From contig CAVUXE010000029.1 in NCBI GenBank assembly GCA_963745235.1, positions 32,001-96,000 on the forward strand: 64,000 nt of DNA. Direction: 5' to 3'. Positions 41,475 through 52,266 of the stretch are shown piece after piece. This DNA is from an uncultured Spirochaetota bacterium. Lineage in GTDB: Bacteria; Spirochaetota; Spirochaetia; SZUA-6; Fen-1364. How positions within the stretch are numbered: position 1 is the stretch's first letter; every line of letters begins with the position of its first letter. A program made the translations under genes and the position numbers. Below the pieces are notes generated by a model. That model saw nothing but the letters and a program-made list of their open reading frames with translations, did not search any database and was not told the DNA's origin.

Positions 41475-43294
41475 TGGGCCTTCAGGTACACATAGTTGAA
41501 ATCAGGCGCTCCCAGGGTGTCGACGCGGATGTTCGCCCACTTGTCGCGATACGCGGCAAAAGAAACCGCGTAAACCATGTACATGACGGGAACCTGGTCC
41601 AGGAGGATCCGCTGGTACTGGTCCCAGATCTTTTTCGCCTTCACCGGATCACGCTCCGAGTAGCCCTGCCAGTACAACTCATCGATCTTGGCCTCCCACG
41701 CGGTTGCCGGCTTCGGCTGGAGGGGGTTCCACAGGTGCAGGTTGCCCGAGGAGAGCCAGACATTGTCACCTTGGATGGGGAAGTAGTTCGAGCCGACGGA
41801 GATCATGATGGACTGCCAGTCGTAGGCTTTTGTCAGGCTGTCCACGATCTTCTGGAACTGGACCGGTTTCACGTTGAGCGTGATGCCCACCTTCTTCAGC
41901 TCATCCGCGTAGATGGTCGCGATGTCGATGCTCAGGTTGGTTTCGATGGGTACGGTGAGGTCATACGTGATGACGTTTCCCTCCGCATCCTGCATGAGCC
42001 CCTGCGCGTTCGGCTTGATCCCGATCTGCGCCAGGAGCTGTTTCCCGCGCTCAGGGTTGTACGTGAACTGCTGCCGTGATTGACAGGATCATAGTAGGGA
42101 TTCGGCTTGGCGAAGAAGGAAAGATCCGGCTCCGCCAGCCCGCGGTAGACCTCCTTGACCACCCTGTCCCGGTTGAAGAAGCAGCTCATGGCCTGGCGGA
42201 AGACGGTGTTGGAGAACCATTTCACGTACAACGGCTTCAGGTTCCTGGGGTTCTGGTTCCAGGAGATGAACGCAGCGCCGAGAGCTAGGGCCGTCGTAGT
42301 ACACCGAGTAGTCCCGCGGGCTCTTGTTCACCATCTCCTGGAGGTCCTCGGGCCGCAGGCTGTAGCCATCGAGCTCCCCGGCGAGGAACTTCAGCCTTTC
42401 CGTGTCCTGGTTGGGAACGATCTTCGTCTCATACCTTTCGATGTACGGGACCTTCTGACCGTAATCGTCGGTCTTGAAGTAGTTCGGGTTGCGGACCAGC
42501 GTGACCTGGACTCCCGGCTTGTTCGACTCGATGGAGTACGGTCCCATGGAGGGAATGGTCCGGGGATCCGTGTTGATGGTCCACAGGTTGAGCACTCCCT
42601 CCACGCCCTTCGCCTTCTTGACCGGCTCGAAGATGTAGCGAGGCCCGAAGTTCATGTTGCTGGAAAGCTCTGGCATGGCCACGACGCGGGGATAGTGCAT
42701 GACGAACCTCCTCTCGTCGATCTTCTCCATGTCGATGTGCTTCTTCTTGCCGTCCGGCATCTGCACGAACTGGCCCGCGTAGGCGGAATGCTGCATTGCG
42801 GGGTCCCCCACGATCTGGTTGTACCAGAACACGACGTCATCCGAGGTCACCTTGACCTTTGTTTTCGGGTCCGCGAGCGTCGTCCAGTACAAGTCGTCGC
42901 GAAGCGTGAACGTCACATCCATGGTGCCGGCAGCTTCGTTCACGGAGACCTCGTAGGAAGCGGCCAGGGGCTTCCACTGCTTCTTGTACGCGTCGTAGTC
43001 GAGAAGGGAGGTGGAGAGGTTGTCGACAATCCCCGCGCTCTCAGCGTCATAGACGGCAACCACGGGGTTGAAGGTCTTCAGGTCATTGTTGAGGTTGTTG
43101 AGCCACGTCCCTCCGCTTCTGCCCTTCTCGTAGGGAGCCGTGCTCCCCGGGCGGTAAACGGTCTTCTCCAGGAGGCTGTCCTCCTGCTGCTTTTTCTGGA
43201 AATTGAGCTGGTCTTCCGAGATCTGCTTGACCCCGGGGCCGCAGGCGGCAAGGAAGGCCACGGCCGCCACCAGAAGCAGCTGCAATCTTTTCAA
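41471..43294 (-). CDS. oppA: Peptide ABC substrate-binding lipoprotein (family 5), frameshifts near 42080 and 42280
   Basis: LAAC lipobox, KTFNP, FTLRDDLYW, VTSDDVVF, GPY, RNPNYF and FRQAMS. Confidence 0.88.
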
Positions 43295-43400
43295 TTCCGG
43301 CACTCCTCCATCTGGGCGACTGCGAGCACGGTGCAAGCTTACACAGTCCGGGGGAGGCGGGCAACCGGAGGAGCGGCAACCGGAGATCGGACAGGACCGA

Positions 43401-44009
43401 TCAGCTGAAGTAGTGCTTCACAATCGTGTCGACATACGCGGCCCGCCCATCCTGCCGGGCGAGGTCGAGACCCATGGTATGACGGAACAGCTGGGGCATG
43501 ATCCCCGGGAGGAGGACCGCTGACACCATCTGGACCACCTCGGCGGAGATCTCCCGCGCGCTCCGGGCGGGGAAGAGCCCGCTCATCTCCCGGGTGAGGG
43601 AAACGACGAACCGGTCCAGCGCCCTGATCAGAGGGGTCCGCGAGACGCCCTTGATGAAGGTGTCATAGAGGTGCGCCTTGACGATCCCGGGAAACTTGAG
43701 CGATCCCTCGTACAGCTCCAGGAGAACCGAACGAACCCGGGACCGAAGGTCGGAGGACCTTTCCCGCAGCAGCACCTCCCAATCCCCGAAGGCGTTCTGC
43801 AGGGTCATGGCCAGCGCCTCGGCAATCAGCGCGTCCTTGGACCTGAAGTAGTAGCTGATAGCGGCGCTGTTCACGCCGGCCTCGCGGGCTATGCCGCGTA
43901 TGGTCACCTCGTGCAGACCATCACGCTCGATGCAATTGATGGCAGCCTCGACGATTCTCTTCCGGGGCGGCAGGGGCGGCTGCTTCCTTGGCGTGCGCGC
44001 ATTTGTCAC
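43401..44009 (-). CDS. TetR/AcrR family regulator
   Basis: RIVEAA..TIRGIAREAGVNSAAISYYFRSKDAL. Confidence 0.93.
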   Translation of the reverse strand: MTNARTPRKQPPLPPRKRIVEAAINCIERDGLHEVTIRGIAREAGVNSAAISYYFRSKDALIAEALAMTLQNAFGDWEVLLRERSSDLRSRVRSVLLELYEGSLKFPGIVKAHLYDTFIKGVSRTPLIRALDRFVVSLTREMSGLFPARSAREISAEVVQMVSAVLLPGIMPQLFRHTMGLDLARQDGRAAYVDTIVKHYFS

Positions 44010-44018
44010 ACCATTGAT

Positions 44019-44034
44019 TTAATCACACGGTTGA
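44019..44034. promoter_or_regulatory. Putative TetR operator (TTAATCACACGGTTGA)
   Basis: Immediately upstream of tetR and resembles two sites at 44918..44946. Confidence 0.6.
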
Positions 44035-44875
44035 TGCATGCGCAACGGAAGCGGCGGCCCGTGATGCCTTCACCACCCGTGAGGAGGCCTTCTTCCACCG
44101 CCCCCCGATCAGGCGCACGACCAGCAGGCGCGGCGCCCTGACTCCGACCCACTGGATGAGCCGGTTCACGAGGCCGGGGATGATTACACCCCGACCTCGG
44201 AGGGCCTGGCGAATGGCCACCGCGGCGACCCGCTCCGGGTACCACGTGGTGATCCTTCCGAAGAACCCCTGCGCTTCCACCTGGTCAGCAGTATCCCTGT
44301 TTGTCACCATTCCAGCGGGACACAGGGCGCTCACTGTGACGCCGGTGCCGGCCAGCTCGTGCCGGATAGCCAGGGAGAAGTTGAGGATGAACGACTTCGT
44401 GGCAGCGTAGACGGCCATGGAAGGCATGGGGTAGAAGGCGGCCAGGCTTGCCACGTTGATGATCGCAGCCCACGGTCGGCGCCTCAACTGCGGCAGAAGC
44501 AGATGGGTCATCTGCACGACCGCCTGCACATTCACTTCAATAATGCCCGCCAGTCTCGACAGCGAGGTGCCCAGGAACGATCCGCAACTCCCCGTTCCCG
44601 CATTGTTGATGAGAAGATCGACCTCGATGCCTTGCTGCGCTATCCACGCGACAAGCCGCTCGCGCTCGCGACAGTTGGCAAGATCCATCGTGACCGTGTG
44701 GGCCTCGACCTGGTAGGCCCGTGCCAGCCTTTCCCCGACTTCCCGCGCGCCGCTTTCCCGGCAGGTCCACCAGGAGGATGTTCCATCCCCTGCGCACCGC
44801 CTCGAGGGCGAATGCGCTTCCCAGCCCTCCGCCGGCTCCCGTGATGAGCGCGAACCCATGCAGTCGTGTTCTCAT
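44023..44875 (-). CDS. SDR family oxidoreductase (frameshift near 44750)
   Basis: ITGAGGGLG, LINNAG, NVASLAAF, YAATK and ALCP. Confidence 0.85.
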
Positions 44876-44917
44876 GTTGACTCTTTCGACGAGAAGCGTT
44901 GACGATATCCCTTCAAA

Positions 44918-44946
44918 TTAATCAAACGATTTAATCATTTGATTGA
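44918..44946. promoter_or_regulatory. Two tandem putative TetR operators between divergent SDR genes
   Basis: TTAATCAAACGATTTA and TTAATCATTTGATTGA. Confidence 0.6.
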
Positions 44947-44996
44947 CCTGGCGTGGGACACGTGATAGGCTTTTCCCATCGTGAGAGGAGGTCTGT

Positions 44997-45872
44997 ATGA
45001 AAGGCGGACGTGGATCAGACAAAGGCGGGAGAGGAAGGGGAGTCCTTGTCACGGGCTGCTCATCAGGCATTGGACGCGCAACCGCACTCTGCCTCGCGGA
45101 TCATGGTTTCACGACCTTTGCCGCCGTGCGCCGGGAGGCGGATTACGAGGAGCTGAAGTCCCTCGGAAGAGCCGGCCTTGTTCCTGTGTTCCCCCTGGAC
45201 CTGAGAAAGCCTGAGCACATCACGCCCCTGCTTGCCAGGATCGAGCCGGAGCTTGCAGCCCTGGGGCAGCCGGGCCTGTACGCAATCGTCAACAACGCAG
45301 GAGCCGGCGCTGTTGCCCCGCTCGAGCTCCTGGACCTGGACGTCTTTCGGGGTGAGCTCGAATCCAGGCTGCTTGGTCCCGTTGCCCTTGCGCAGGCCCT
45401 TCTTCCATCCCTTCGCCAGGCCGGTGGGCGCCTGCTCTGGATTGCCACGCCCGCGCTCATTCCCATCCCGTTCGTCGGGAGCATTCATGCCTGCGACTTC
45501 GCGGTCAACTGCATCGCCAGGACATTCGCCCTCGAGCTTGCGCGGTGGAAGGTCCCGAGCATCTTCGTGCGCTGCGGCGGCATCCAGACCGCGGCGCCCG
45601 AGAAGAACGCCCGTGACCTCGAAGAGCAGATGATGCGCTGGCAGGACAGCCAGCACGCCCTCTACGCCGAGGCGCTGGAGAAAGAGAAGCGGGAGCTGGC
45701 TGCTTTTGACCGCAGAAGGAGCGCCCCTTCGGTCATTGCAGAGAGAGTCCTCCAGGCGCTTTGCGCGGCCCGGCCCAGGCGCGTCTACCGGGCAGGATAC
45801 ATGTCAGGCACCGGCGCCATCCTGGACCTGATGCCGCAGCCTCTTGTGGACTGGATCATGTCCCGCCGTTGA
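44997..45872 (+). CDS. SDR family oxidoreductase with atypical catalytic motif
   Basis: VTGCSSGIG and VNNAG are present. The expected YxxxK position reads IHACDF. Confidence 0.8.
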   Translation: MKGGRGSDKGGRGRGVLVTGCSSGIGRATALCLADHGFTTFAAVRREADYEELKSLGRAGLVPVFPLDLRKPEHITPLLARIEPELAALGQPGLYAIVNNAGAGAVAPLELLDLDVFRGELESRLLGPVALAQALLPSLRQAGGRLLWIATPALIPIPFVGSIHACDFAVNCIARTFALELARWKVPSIFVRCGGIQTAAPEKNARDLEEQMMRWQDSQHALYAEALEKEKRELAAFDRRRSAPSVIAERVLQALCAARPRRVYRAGYMSGTGAILDLMPQPLVDWIMSRR

Positions 45873-46804
45873 ACGGAGTGTCGGTTGCCGGGCAGCTTCG
45901 AGAGATCGTACGGCGTGGCCTGGTAGACGTAGTAGTTGAGCCAGTTCGCGTACAGAAGATGGGCGTGAGACCGCCAGGTGAGGAGCGGTTCACGCTTCGG
46001 GTCGTTGTCGGGGAAGTAGTTGGCGGGGACCGCCATGGGCAGCCCCTTTGCGATGTCCCGGTCGTACTCCGCCTTGAGAGTATGCCTGTCATACTCCGGG
46101 TGGCCCGTGACAAACAGCATCCGACCGTCCCGTGATGACACCATGTACACCCCGGCTTCTTCGGAGACCACCAGCAGTTTCAGGCCCTTTGCCGCCTCGA
46201 TGTCTTTCTTCCGCACCTCGGTATGGCGGGAGTGGGGGGCCAGAAACCCTTCATCGAACCCCCGCACGATGGGCTCGTGCGGCTGGAGGATCCTGTGATG
46301 GAAGAGGCCGAACATCTTTTCGGGGAGAGGATACTTGGGGACGCCGAAGTGGCGGTACATCCCCGCTTGCGCCCCCCAACAGATATGGAGGGACGACCAG
46401 ACGTTCGTCCTGCTCCAGTCCATCAGGCGGACCAGCTCGTCCCAGTAATCCACCTCTTCAAAAGGAAGTGTCTCCACCGGGGCCCCTGTGATCACGAGGC
46501 CGTCGAAGCGCTCACCGAGCACCCGGTCCAGGGGCTCGTAGAAAGCAGCAAGGTGCTCCGGCGGGGTGTTCTTTGATTCGTGCGTCTCCATGCGGATGAA
46601 CGTGATGTCCACCTGCAGTGGGGTGTTGCCGAGCAGGCGCAGGATCTGGGTCTCTGTGACGATCTTCGTGGGCATCAGGTTGAGGACGGCGATACGGAGC
46701 GGGCGGATGTCCTGGTGCAGCGCCCGACCCTTCGTCATGACGAAGATATTTTCCTGGGCCAGGGTTTTCCTTGCCGGCAGATCGTCCGGTATTCTCACTG
46801 GCAT
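45785..46804 (-). CDS. metAA: Homoserine O-acetyltransferase (MetA family)
   Basis: [19 protein letters not shown] and GHPEY. GAPVE has Glu at the specificity position, indicating acetyl-CoA type. Confidence 0.92.
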   Translation of the reverse strand: MPVRIPDDLPARKTLAQENIFVMTKGRALHQDIRPLRIAVLNLMPTKIVTETQILRLLGNTPLQVDITFIRMETHESKNTPPEHLAAFYEPLDRVLGERFDGLVITGAPVETLPFEEVDYWDELVRLMDWSRTNVWSSLHICWGAQAGMYRHFGVPKYPLPEKMFGLFHHRILQPHEPIVRGFDEGFLAPHSRHTEVRKKDIEAAKGLKLLVVSEEAGVYMVSSRDGRMLFVTGHPEYDRHTLKAEYDRDIAKGLPMAVPANYFPDNDPKREPLLTWRSHAHLLYANWLNYYVYQATPYDLSKLPGNRHSVQRRDMIQSTRGCGIRSRMAPVPDMYPAR

Positions 46805-46867
46805 GGCTGTATTTCTCCTTGCTATTCATAGCGCTTAACCCCTACCGGTGGCAACCGGGTGCATTAC

Positions 46868-46893
46868 ACTACCATATTGATCGAATTGGTAGT
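46868..46893. promoter_or_regulatory. Palindromic operator ACTACCA-N12-TGGTAGT (putative Rrf2 site)
   Basis: Lies between divergent metAA and DUF4395. A second copy is at 48402..48427. Confidence 0.7.
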
Positions 46894-46935
46894 ATATTTG
46901 CACCGCGACTTGAGAGTCAAGCGAAGGAGAGGGAA

Positions 46936-47415
46936 ATGCCAAACGGGCTTCGAAAAGTAGATCACTCGTCGCTGAAGGTGAACCAGGCGACGATCATCGT
47001 GCTTCTCCTGGCCGCGTTCATCATCAACGTGCCATGGCTGGTGGCCATCGTGGCTGCTTTCATGCTGGTGGGCACCGGGGTGGCGCGCCCGGGGTTCCTC
47101 TTCATCTACTCGTGGCTGCTCCGTCCCGCGGGTGTTGTCAGGCCGAACCTGCTCGCAGATAATCCGGAGCCGCACCGCTTTGCCCAGGGCTTCGGCGGGG
47201 TTGTTGCTGCCGTGTCGGCCCTCGGGTTGCTGCTCGGCGCGACCGGCCTCGGGTGGGCCCTGACCTGGCTCGTCATCGTCCTTGCCGCCCTCAACCTTTT
47301 CGCAGGGTTCTGCGCGGGATGTGCGGTCTACTATTGGCTGCATCGTCTGCAGGTTCCCGGCTTTTCGAAAAACCCGCCCGTCGGGGTATTCCCGGGAATG
47401 AGGCCGCGAGCGTGA
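46936..47415 (+). CDS. DUF4395-family membrane protein
   Basis: VD..R/K.NQ start, PHRFAQGFG and LAALNLFAGFCAGC..Y. Confidence 0.85.
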   Translation: MPNGLRKVDHSSLKVNQATIIVLLLAAFIINVPWLVAIVAAFMLVGTGVARPGFLFIYSWLLRPAGVVRPNLLADNPEPHRFAQGFGGVVAAVSALGLLLGATGLGWALTWLVIVLAALNLFAGFCAGCAVYYWLHRLQVPGFSKNPPVGVFPGMRPRA

Positions 47416-47825
47416 TGCTGTCCGGCATCGTCCTCAGATCGATCTGCTCCGCGGCAATCGTCGGCTTCTGTGTTGCCGCTTTCTTCGTGGTCCGGACAGT
47501 CGTCCTGGCGCGCGCAGGAAGGGTCTCCGCAGGCCTTTCCGCTTTCAAGCGCGGGGTGCCCGGGGTTGTGTATTTCACGACGCCCGACTGCGCAACGTGC
47601 AGGGCCGCGCAGCGCCCCGCACTGCAGGCGCTGGAGAAGCGATTGGACGGGAGGATTCAGGTGATCGAGGTGGACGCTGCGGACCGACCCGACCTGGCAA
47701 GACAGTGGAGCGTTTTGAGCGTCCCGACAACGTTCATCCTGGACGGAAATGGAAGGCCGCGGCAGGTGAACCACGGTTTCGCTTCGACGGCGAAGCTCAT
47801 GAGCCAGCTCCTGAGAGTCAGCTGA
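47412..47825 (+). CDS. Membrane-anchored thioredoxin-family protein
   Basis: N-terminal TM segment, FTTPDCATC (CxxC) and VLSVPTTF. Confidence 0.85.
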   Translation: MMLSGIVLRSICSAAIVGFCVAAFFVVRTVVLARAGRVSAGLSAFKRGVPGVVYFTTPDCATCRAAQRPALQALEKRLDGRIQVIEVDAADRPDLARQWSVLSVPTTFILDGNGRPRQVNHGFASTAKLMSQLLRVS

Positions 47826-47847
47826 GGCTGGCAAGACGCATCAGGTC

Positions 47848-48279
47848 TCAGATCTGGTAGTTGAGTATCCCTTCACGCGCGCCGCGAAGGAGGGAATCAA
47901 GAGTTATTTTTTCCAGCGCGTCGTTGATGGCTTTTTCAACGGTTCCCCAGACAGCGTCGGTAGGGTGAGTGAACCCGTCGTCCACGCCTCGTTGTCTGCG
48001 GGGACTTCCCGATGCGGAGATGTCTCCCTCCAGGGCCTGGACTATCTCCCGCAAGGTGACTGTGCGCGGATCTCGAGCAAGGGAATAGCCTCCGTGGGCT
48101 CCTCTGTAGGAGGTGATCAGTCCCACCCCCCTCAATGGTATGACCAGCTTGCTGAGGTACTTTTCCGAGATCCTGTGCGTCCGCGCGATGTCCTTGAGGA
48201 AGACCGGCTCGCCCCCGAATCGCAAGGCAAGCTCGTACATGACTTTCAGCCCGTACTTGCTCCTGGTTGAAACCAGCAT
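47848..48279 (-). CDS. Rrf2-family regulator, Cys-less (CymR-like)
   Basis: STRSKYG, ISEKYL and RGAHGGYSLA. No Cys, ends NYQI. Promoter TTGACT-17-TATTCT on the minus strand. Confidence 0.92.
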   Translation of the reverse strand: MLVSTRSKYGLKVMYELALRFGGEPVFLKDIARTHRISEKYLSKLVIPLRGVGLITSYRGAHGGYSLARDPRTVTLREIVQALEGDISASGSPRRQRGVDDGFTHPTDAVWGTVEKAINDALEKITLDSLLRGAREGILNYQI

Positions 48280-48401
48280 GTGACTTTTACCCGATGGAAA
48301 GAATAGTGAGCCAAGAACGCGGAGTCAATGAAAGCAATCCGCTGCCTGTCCGTTGCCCCGCGCTGAAACTTGTTGACAAAACCCTGCCGGGATGAAATTA
48401 T

Positions 48402-48427
48402 ACTACCAATACTATAGACTTTGTAGT
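48402..48427. promoter_or_regulatory. Palindromic operator ACTACCA-N12-TTGTAGT in the metY-cysK promoter region
   Basis: Lies downstream of TTGACA (48373) and matches 46868..46893. Confidence 0.7.
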
Positions 48428-48456
48428 GATTGAAACACTACAGATAAGGAGACGGA

Positions 48457-49743
48457 ATGGGCGATAGCAAGACTTACAGGTTCGAAACGCTGGCGCTCCA
48501 CGGGGGCCAGGTGGTGGATCCGACCACAACCTCGCGCGGGGTGCCCGTCTACCGGACGAGCTCCTACGTTTTCCCGACAACCGAGAGGGCGGCCAACCTT
48601 TTCGCCCTGAAGGAGCTGGGCAACATCTACAGCAGGATCATGAACCCCACGCAGGACGTGCTGGAGCAGAGGGTCTCTCTCCTTGAAGACGGCGCAGCCT
48701 CCGTTGCCTTCGCCTCGGGAACGGCCGCCATCTTCAATACCCTCGTGACCATCATGTGCATGGGAGATGAGATCGTCTCCGCGAGCAACCTCTACGGCGG
48801 GACGTACACGATGTTCGATGCCATCCTGCCCACCCTTGGCATCACGGTGAAGTTCGTCAAGCATGACGACCCGAAGAACTTCGAGAAGGCGATAACGCCG
48901 AAGACCCGGGCCCTCTTCATCGAGACAATCGGCAATCCCGTGCTGGATGTCACCGACATCGCGGAGGTGGCGAAGGTCGCCCATGCCCACGGGCTTCCCC
49001 TCATCGTGGATGCAACTTTCACGACCCCCTATCTCCTGAAGACCATCGACTACGGCGCCGACATCGTCATCAACTCCCTCACCAAATGGATGGGCGGGCA
49101 CGGGACGGCAATCGGCGGAATCGTCACCGATGCCGGCCCGTTTCGACTGGAAGGACAAGAAGTTCAAGCTCTTCAACGATCCGGACCCCAACTATCACGG
49201 CCTGAAGTGGGCCCACGATCTTCCCGCGGCCGCTGGCCCCCATGGCCTTCGCGCTGCGGCTGCGCACGGTTCCGCTTGCGCAACCTCGGGGCGTGCACAT
49301 CTCCCGACAACGCGTGGATCTTCCTCCAGGGCATCGAGTCCCTGCCCGTCCGCATGGAGCGGCACTCCAGCAATGCCCTGGCGGTGGCGCAGTGGCTGAA
49401 GAAGCAGCCCAAGGTCGAATGGGTGCGCTACCCCGGACTCCCTGAGGACCCGACCTACCCCGTTGCCAGCAAGTACTTGAAGAAGGGCTTCGGCGGCATG
49501 GTCGTGTTCGGCATCAAGGGCGGCAAGGCGGCGGGAGAGAAGTTCATCAACAGCCTGAAGCTGTTCTCCCACCTTGCCAACGTCGGAGACGCGAAGAGCC
49601 TGGCCCTCCACCCGGCAAGCACCTCGCATTCCCAGCTCACCGAGGAGCAGCAGCGCGAAGGCGGGCTGACTCCCGAGCTGGTCCGCCTGTCCATCGGCCT
49701 GGAGCACGTGGATGACATCAAGGAAGACATCGAGCAGGCTTGA
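48457..49743 (+). CDS. metY: O-acetylhomoserine sulfhydrylase (compensating frameshifts at ~49140-49275)
   Basis: [45 protein letters not shown] and RLSIGLE. Confidence 0.93.
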   Translation: MGDSKTYRFETLALHGGQVVDPTTTSRGVPVYRTSSYVFPTTERAANLFALKELGNIYSRIMNPTQDVLEQRVSLLEDGAASVAFASGTAAIFNTLVTIMCMGDEIVSASNLYGGTYTMFDAILPTLGITVKFVKHDDPKNFEKAITPKTRALFIETIGNPVLDVTDIAEVAKVAHAHGLPLIVDATFTTPYLLKTIDYGADIVINSLTKWMGGHGTAIGGIVTDAGPFRLEGQEVQALQRSGPQLSRPEVGPRSSRGRWPPWPSRCGCARFRLRNLGACTSPDNAWIFLQGIESLPVRMERHSSNALAVAQWLKKQPKVEWVRYPGLPEDPTYPVASKYLKKGFGGMVVFGIKGGKAAGEKFINSLKLFSHLANVGDAKSLALHPASTSHSQLTEEQQREGGLTPELVRLSIGLEHVDDIKEDIEQA

Positions 49744-49762
49744 AACTGAGCTGAGGAAAGAA

Positions 49763-50694
49763 ATGAATATCAAAGCGAATGTGCTGGAGCTCGTCGGCAA
49801 CACGCCCCTGGTGCGGCTGAACAGGGTGAACGAGGGCGCCAAGGCGGAGGTGGTCGCAAAGCTGGAGTCCCGCAACCCGCTTGCCAGCGTGAAGGACAGG
49901 ATCGCGCTTGCCATGATCGAGGACGCGGAGAAGCGCGGACTGCTGAAAAAGGGCAGCGTCATCGTGGAGCCCACCAGCGGCAACACGGGCATCGGGCTGG
50001 CCTACGTGGCCGCGGTCAAGGGATACCGCTGCATCCTCACCATGCCGGAGAGCATGAGCATCGAGCGCCGCAAGCTCCTGAAGGTCTTCGGCGCCGAGGT
50101 GGTCCTCACCCCCGCGCCGCGGGGCATGGGGGGCGCAATCGAGAAGGCCCGAGAGATCCTGGAGGCGACCCCGGACTCCTTCATGCCCCAGCAGTTCGAG
50201 AACCCCGCCAACCCCGAGGTCCACCGCAAGACCACCGCGGAGGAGATCTGGAAAGACACCGACGGCAAGGTGGACATCCTCGTGAGCGGGGTCGGGACGG
50301 GGGGAACCATCACCGGAGTGGCGGAGTTCATCAAGAAGAGGAAGCCGGGTTTCAAGGCCATCGCCGTGGAGCCGTCCAAGTCTCCCGTCCTTTCCGGCGG
50401 ACGCCCCGTCCCCGCACAGGATCCAGGGAATCGGCGCGGGGTTCATCCCGGGCGTGCTACAACAAGAACGTGGTCGACGAAGTGATCAAGGTGGAGGACG
50501 AGGACGCGGGCAAGACCGCGCGCCTGCTCGCGAAGGAGGAGGGGCTCCTGGTGGGGATCTCCGCCGGTGCGGCCGCGTGGGCCGCCCTTGAGGTGGCCAG
50601 GCGGCGCGAGAGCGCGGGGAAGCTGATCGTCGTGGTGTTCCCCGACACGGGCGAGCGCTACCTGAGCACCTGGCTCTTCGAGGACGGCGCCTGA
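49763..50694 (+). CDS. cysK: Cysteine synthase A (frameshifts at ~50400-50470)
   Basis: [36 protein letters not shown] and [10 protein letters not shown]. Confidence 0.93.
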
Positions 50695-50698
50695 AGCC

Positions 50699-51175
50699 AT
50701 GCCGTTCCAGATGTCCACCCGGGGCCGCTATGGCGTTCGGCTCATGGTGGCCCTGGCGCTGAACTACGGCAACGGGAGCAGCCTGCTGAAGGACATTGCG
50801 CGGCGTGAGGGCATATCGGAGAAATACCTGGGCCAGATCGTCATCCCGCTGAAGACGGCCGGGCTGGTCGTCTCCCAGCGCGGCTCCCACGGGGGGTATT
50901 CCCTCGCGCGGCCTCCGGAGGATATAACGGTGCGAGACGTCGTGGAGGCCATCGAGGGCCGTATCGCCCTGGCGCCGTGCTCCGGGGAGGCCTCTTCCGA
51001 CCCCGAGTGCATCGAGAGCCCCTCCGCCTGCGAGCGGGCAACCACGTGCGTCGTCACGCGCGTGTGGAGGAAGCTCCAGGACGACATCCAGGAGTCGCTT
51101 TCCTCCTTCACGCTTGCCGGGCTTGCCCGCCAGGCGCGGGAGCTGGGGGAGAGCGCCTCCAACTACATGATCTGA
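50699..51175 (+). CDS. Rrf2-family regulator, Cys-rich (IscR-like)
   Basis: STRGRYG, ISEKYL and RGSHGGY. Four Cys in APC..ECIE..ACERATTC, ends NYMI. Confidence 0.92.
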   Translation: MPFQMSTRGRYGVRLMVALALNYGNGSSLLKDIARREGISEKYLGQIVIPLKTAGLVVSQRGSHGGYSLARPPEDITVRDVVEAIEGRIALAPCSGEASSDPECIESPSACERATTCVVTRVWRKLQDDIQESLSSFTLAGLARQARELGESASNYMI

Positions 51176-51192
51176 CGGAGGTGCCTCCCCAG

Positions 51193-52266
51193 ATGCAGAG
51201 GCGTGTGGTCGTTGGCCTGAGCGGAGGGGTGGATTCCTCCGTGGCCGCTCTTCTGCTCAAGCAGGCCGGCCACGATGTGGTCGGCGTCACCATGATGATA
51301 TATTCCGGCACGCGCCCGGGCGTGCCGGGTGTCGACTCCTGCTACAGCCCCGGTGAAGGCGCGGACGTCGAGTACGCGGAGGCTGTGTGTCGGACCCTGG
51401 GAATCCCCTACCATACCGTTGACTTGAAAAAAGAGTTCCGGGCATGGGTGCTGGACTATGCGCGCTCGGAATACCTGGCCGGGAGGACCCCGAACCCGTG
51501 CGTGCGCTGCAACCAGGTGGTGAAGTTCGGGCTGCTGGTGGACCGTCTCTCGCGGACCGCCGGGCTGGACTTCGACGCTTTTGCCACAGGCCACTACTGC
51601 CAGGTCTTTCGATCTTCTGAGACCGGGCGCTACAGCCTGCGCAAGGCGCTGGATCCCCTGAAGGACCAGACGTACTTCCTCTGCATGCTTTCCCAGGAGC
51701 AGCTGTCACGAGTCATCTTTCCCCTTGGCACCCTTGCAAAGGCGGAGGTGCGGAGGATCGCGCGGGAGGCGGGTCTCTCCACGCACGACAGGCCGGAGAG
51801 CCAGGACTTCGCCGCCGGCGGCTACCGCGAGGTCCTCGAGGCGAAGGAGAACGCGGGCCGGATCGTCGACCAGGACGGGAACGTGATCGGATCGCATCGC
51901 GGGATCTGGGGATACACCATCGGACAGAGAAAGGGACTCGGCGTCGGAGGCGGAGAGCCGCTGTACGTGACTCAGATCGATGCCGGCACCAACACCATCG
52001 TCGCCGGCCCCGAGTCACTGCTGTACAGGAGCCGGTTGATGGTGCGATCCGTGAACTGGGTGAGCAGGGACAGGCCGGAGCAGCCCATCAGGGTCGGCGC
52101 AAGGATCCGCTATCGCAATCCCGAGGCGCCGGCAGTGGTCACCCCTTTGCCCGACGGCGGAGTGTCGGTGCAGTTCGACGAGCCGCAGCGGGCCGTCGCG
52201 CGCGGCCAGATGGCCGTCTTCTATGAGGGGGACCTCCTCCTGGGCGGAGGCACCATAGACGAATGA
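51193..52266 (+). CDS. mnmA: tRNA 2-thiouridine(34) synthase MnmA (variant)
   Basis: LSGGVDS, TPNPCVRCN, ATGHY, KDQTYFL, ESQDF, YTIGQRKG and RIRYR. Confidence 0.92.
   Translation: MQRRVVVGLSGGVDSSVAALLLKQAGHDVVGVTMMIYSGTRPGVPGVDSCYSPGEGADVEYAEAVCRTLGIPYHTVDLKKEFRAWVLDYARSEYLAGRTPNPCVRCNQVVKFGLLVDRLSRTAGLDFDAFATGHYCQVFRSSETGRYSLRKALDPLKDQTYFLCMLSQEQLSRVIFPLGTLAKAEVRRIAREAGLSTHDRPESQDFAAGGYREVLEAKENAGRIVDQDGNVIGSHRGIWGYTIGQRKGLGVGGGEPLYVTQIDAGTNTIVAGPESLLYRSRLMVRSVNWVSRDRPEQPIRVGARIRYRNPEAPAVVTPLPDGGVSVQFDEPQRAVARGQMAVFYEGDLLLGGGTIDE

Noticed and set aside
45785-45872. 88-bp convergent overlap of metAA and the SDR
   Set aside because: Probably a lost stop or an indel extending the metAA tail, with no evidence of function.
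46805-48456. SAM riboswitch or T-box upstream of metAA, metY or metG
   Set aside because: The leaders are too short and lack the conserved motifs. Protein operators explain the region better.
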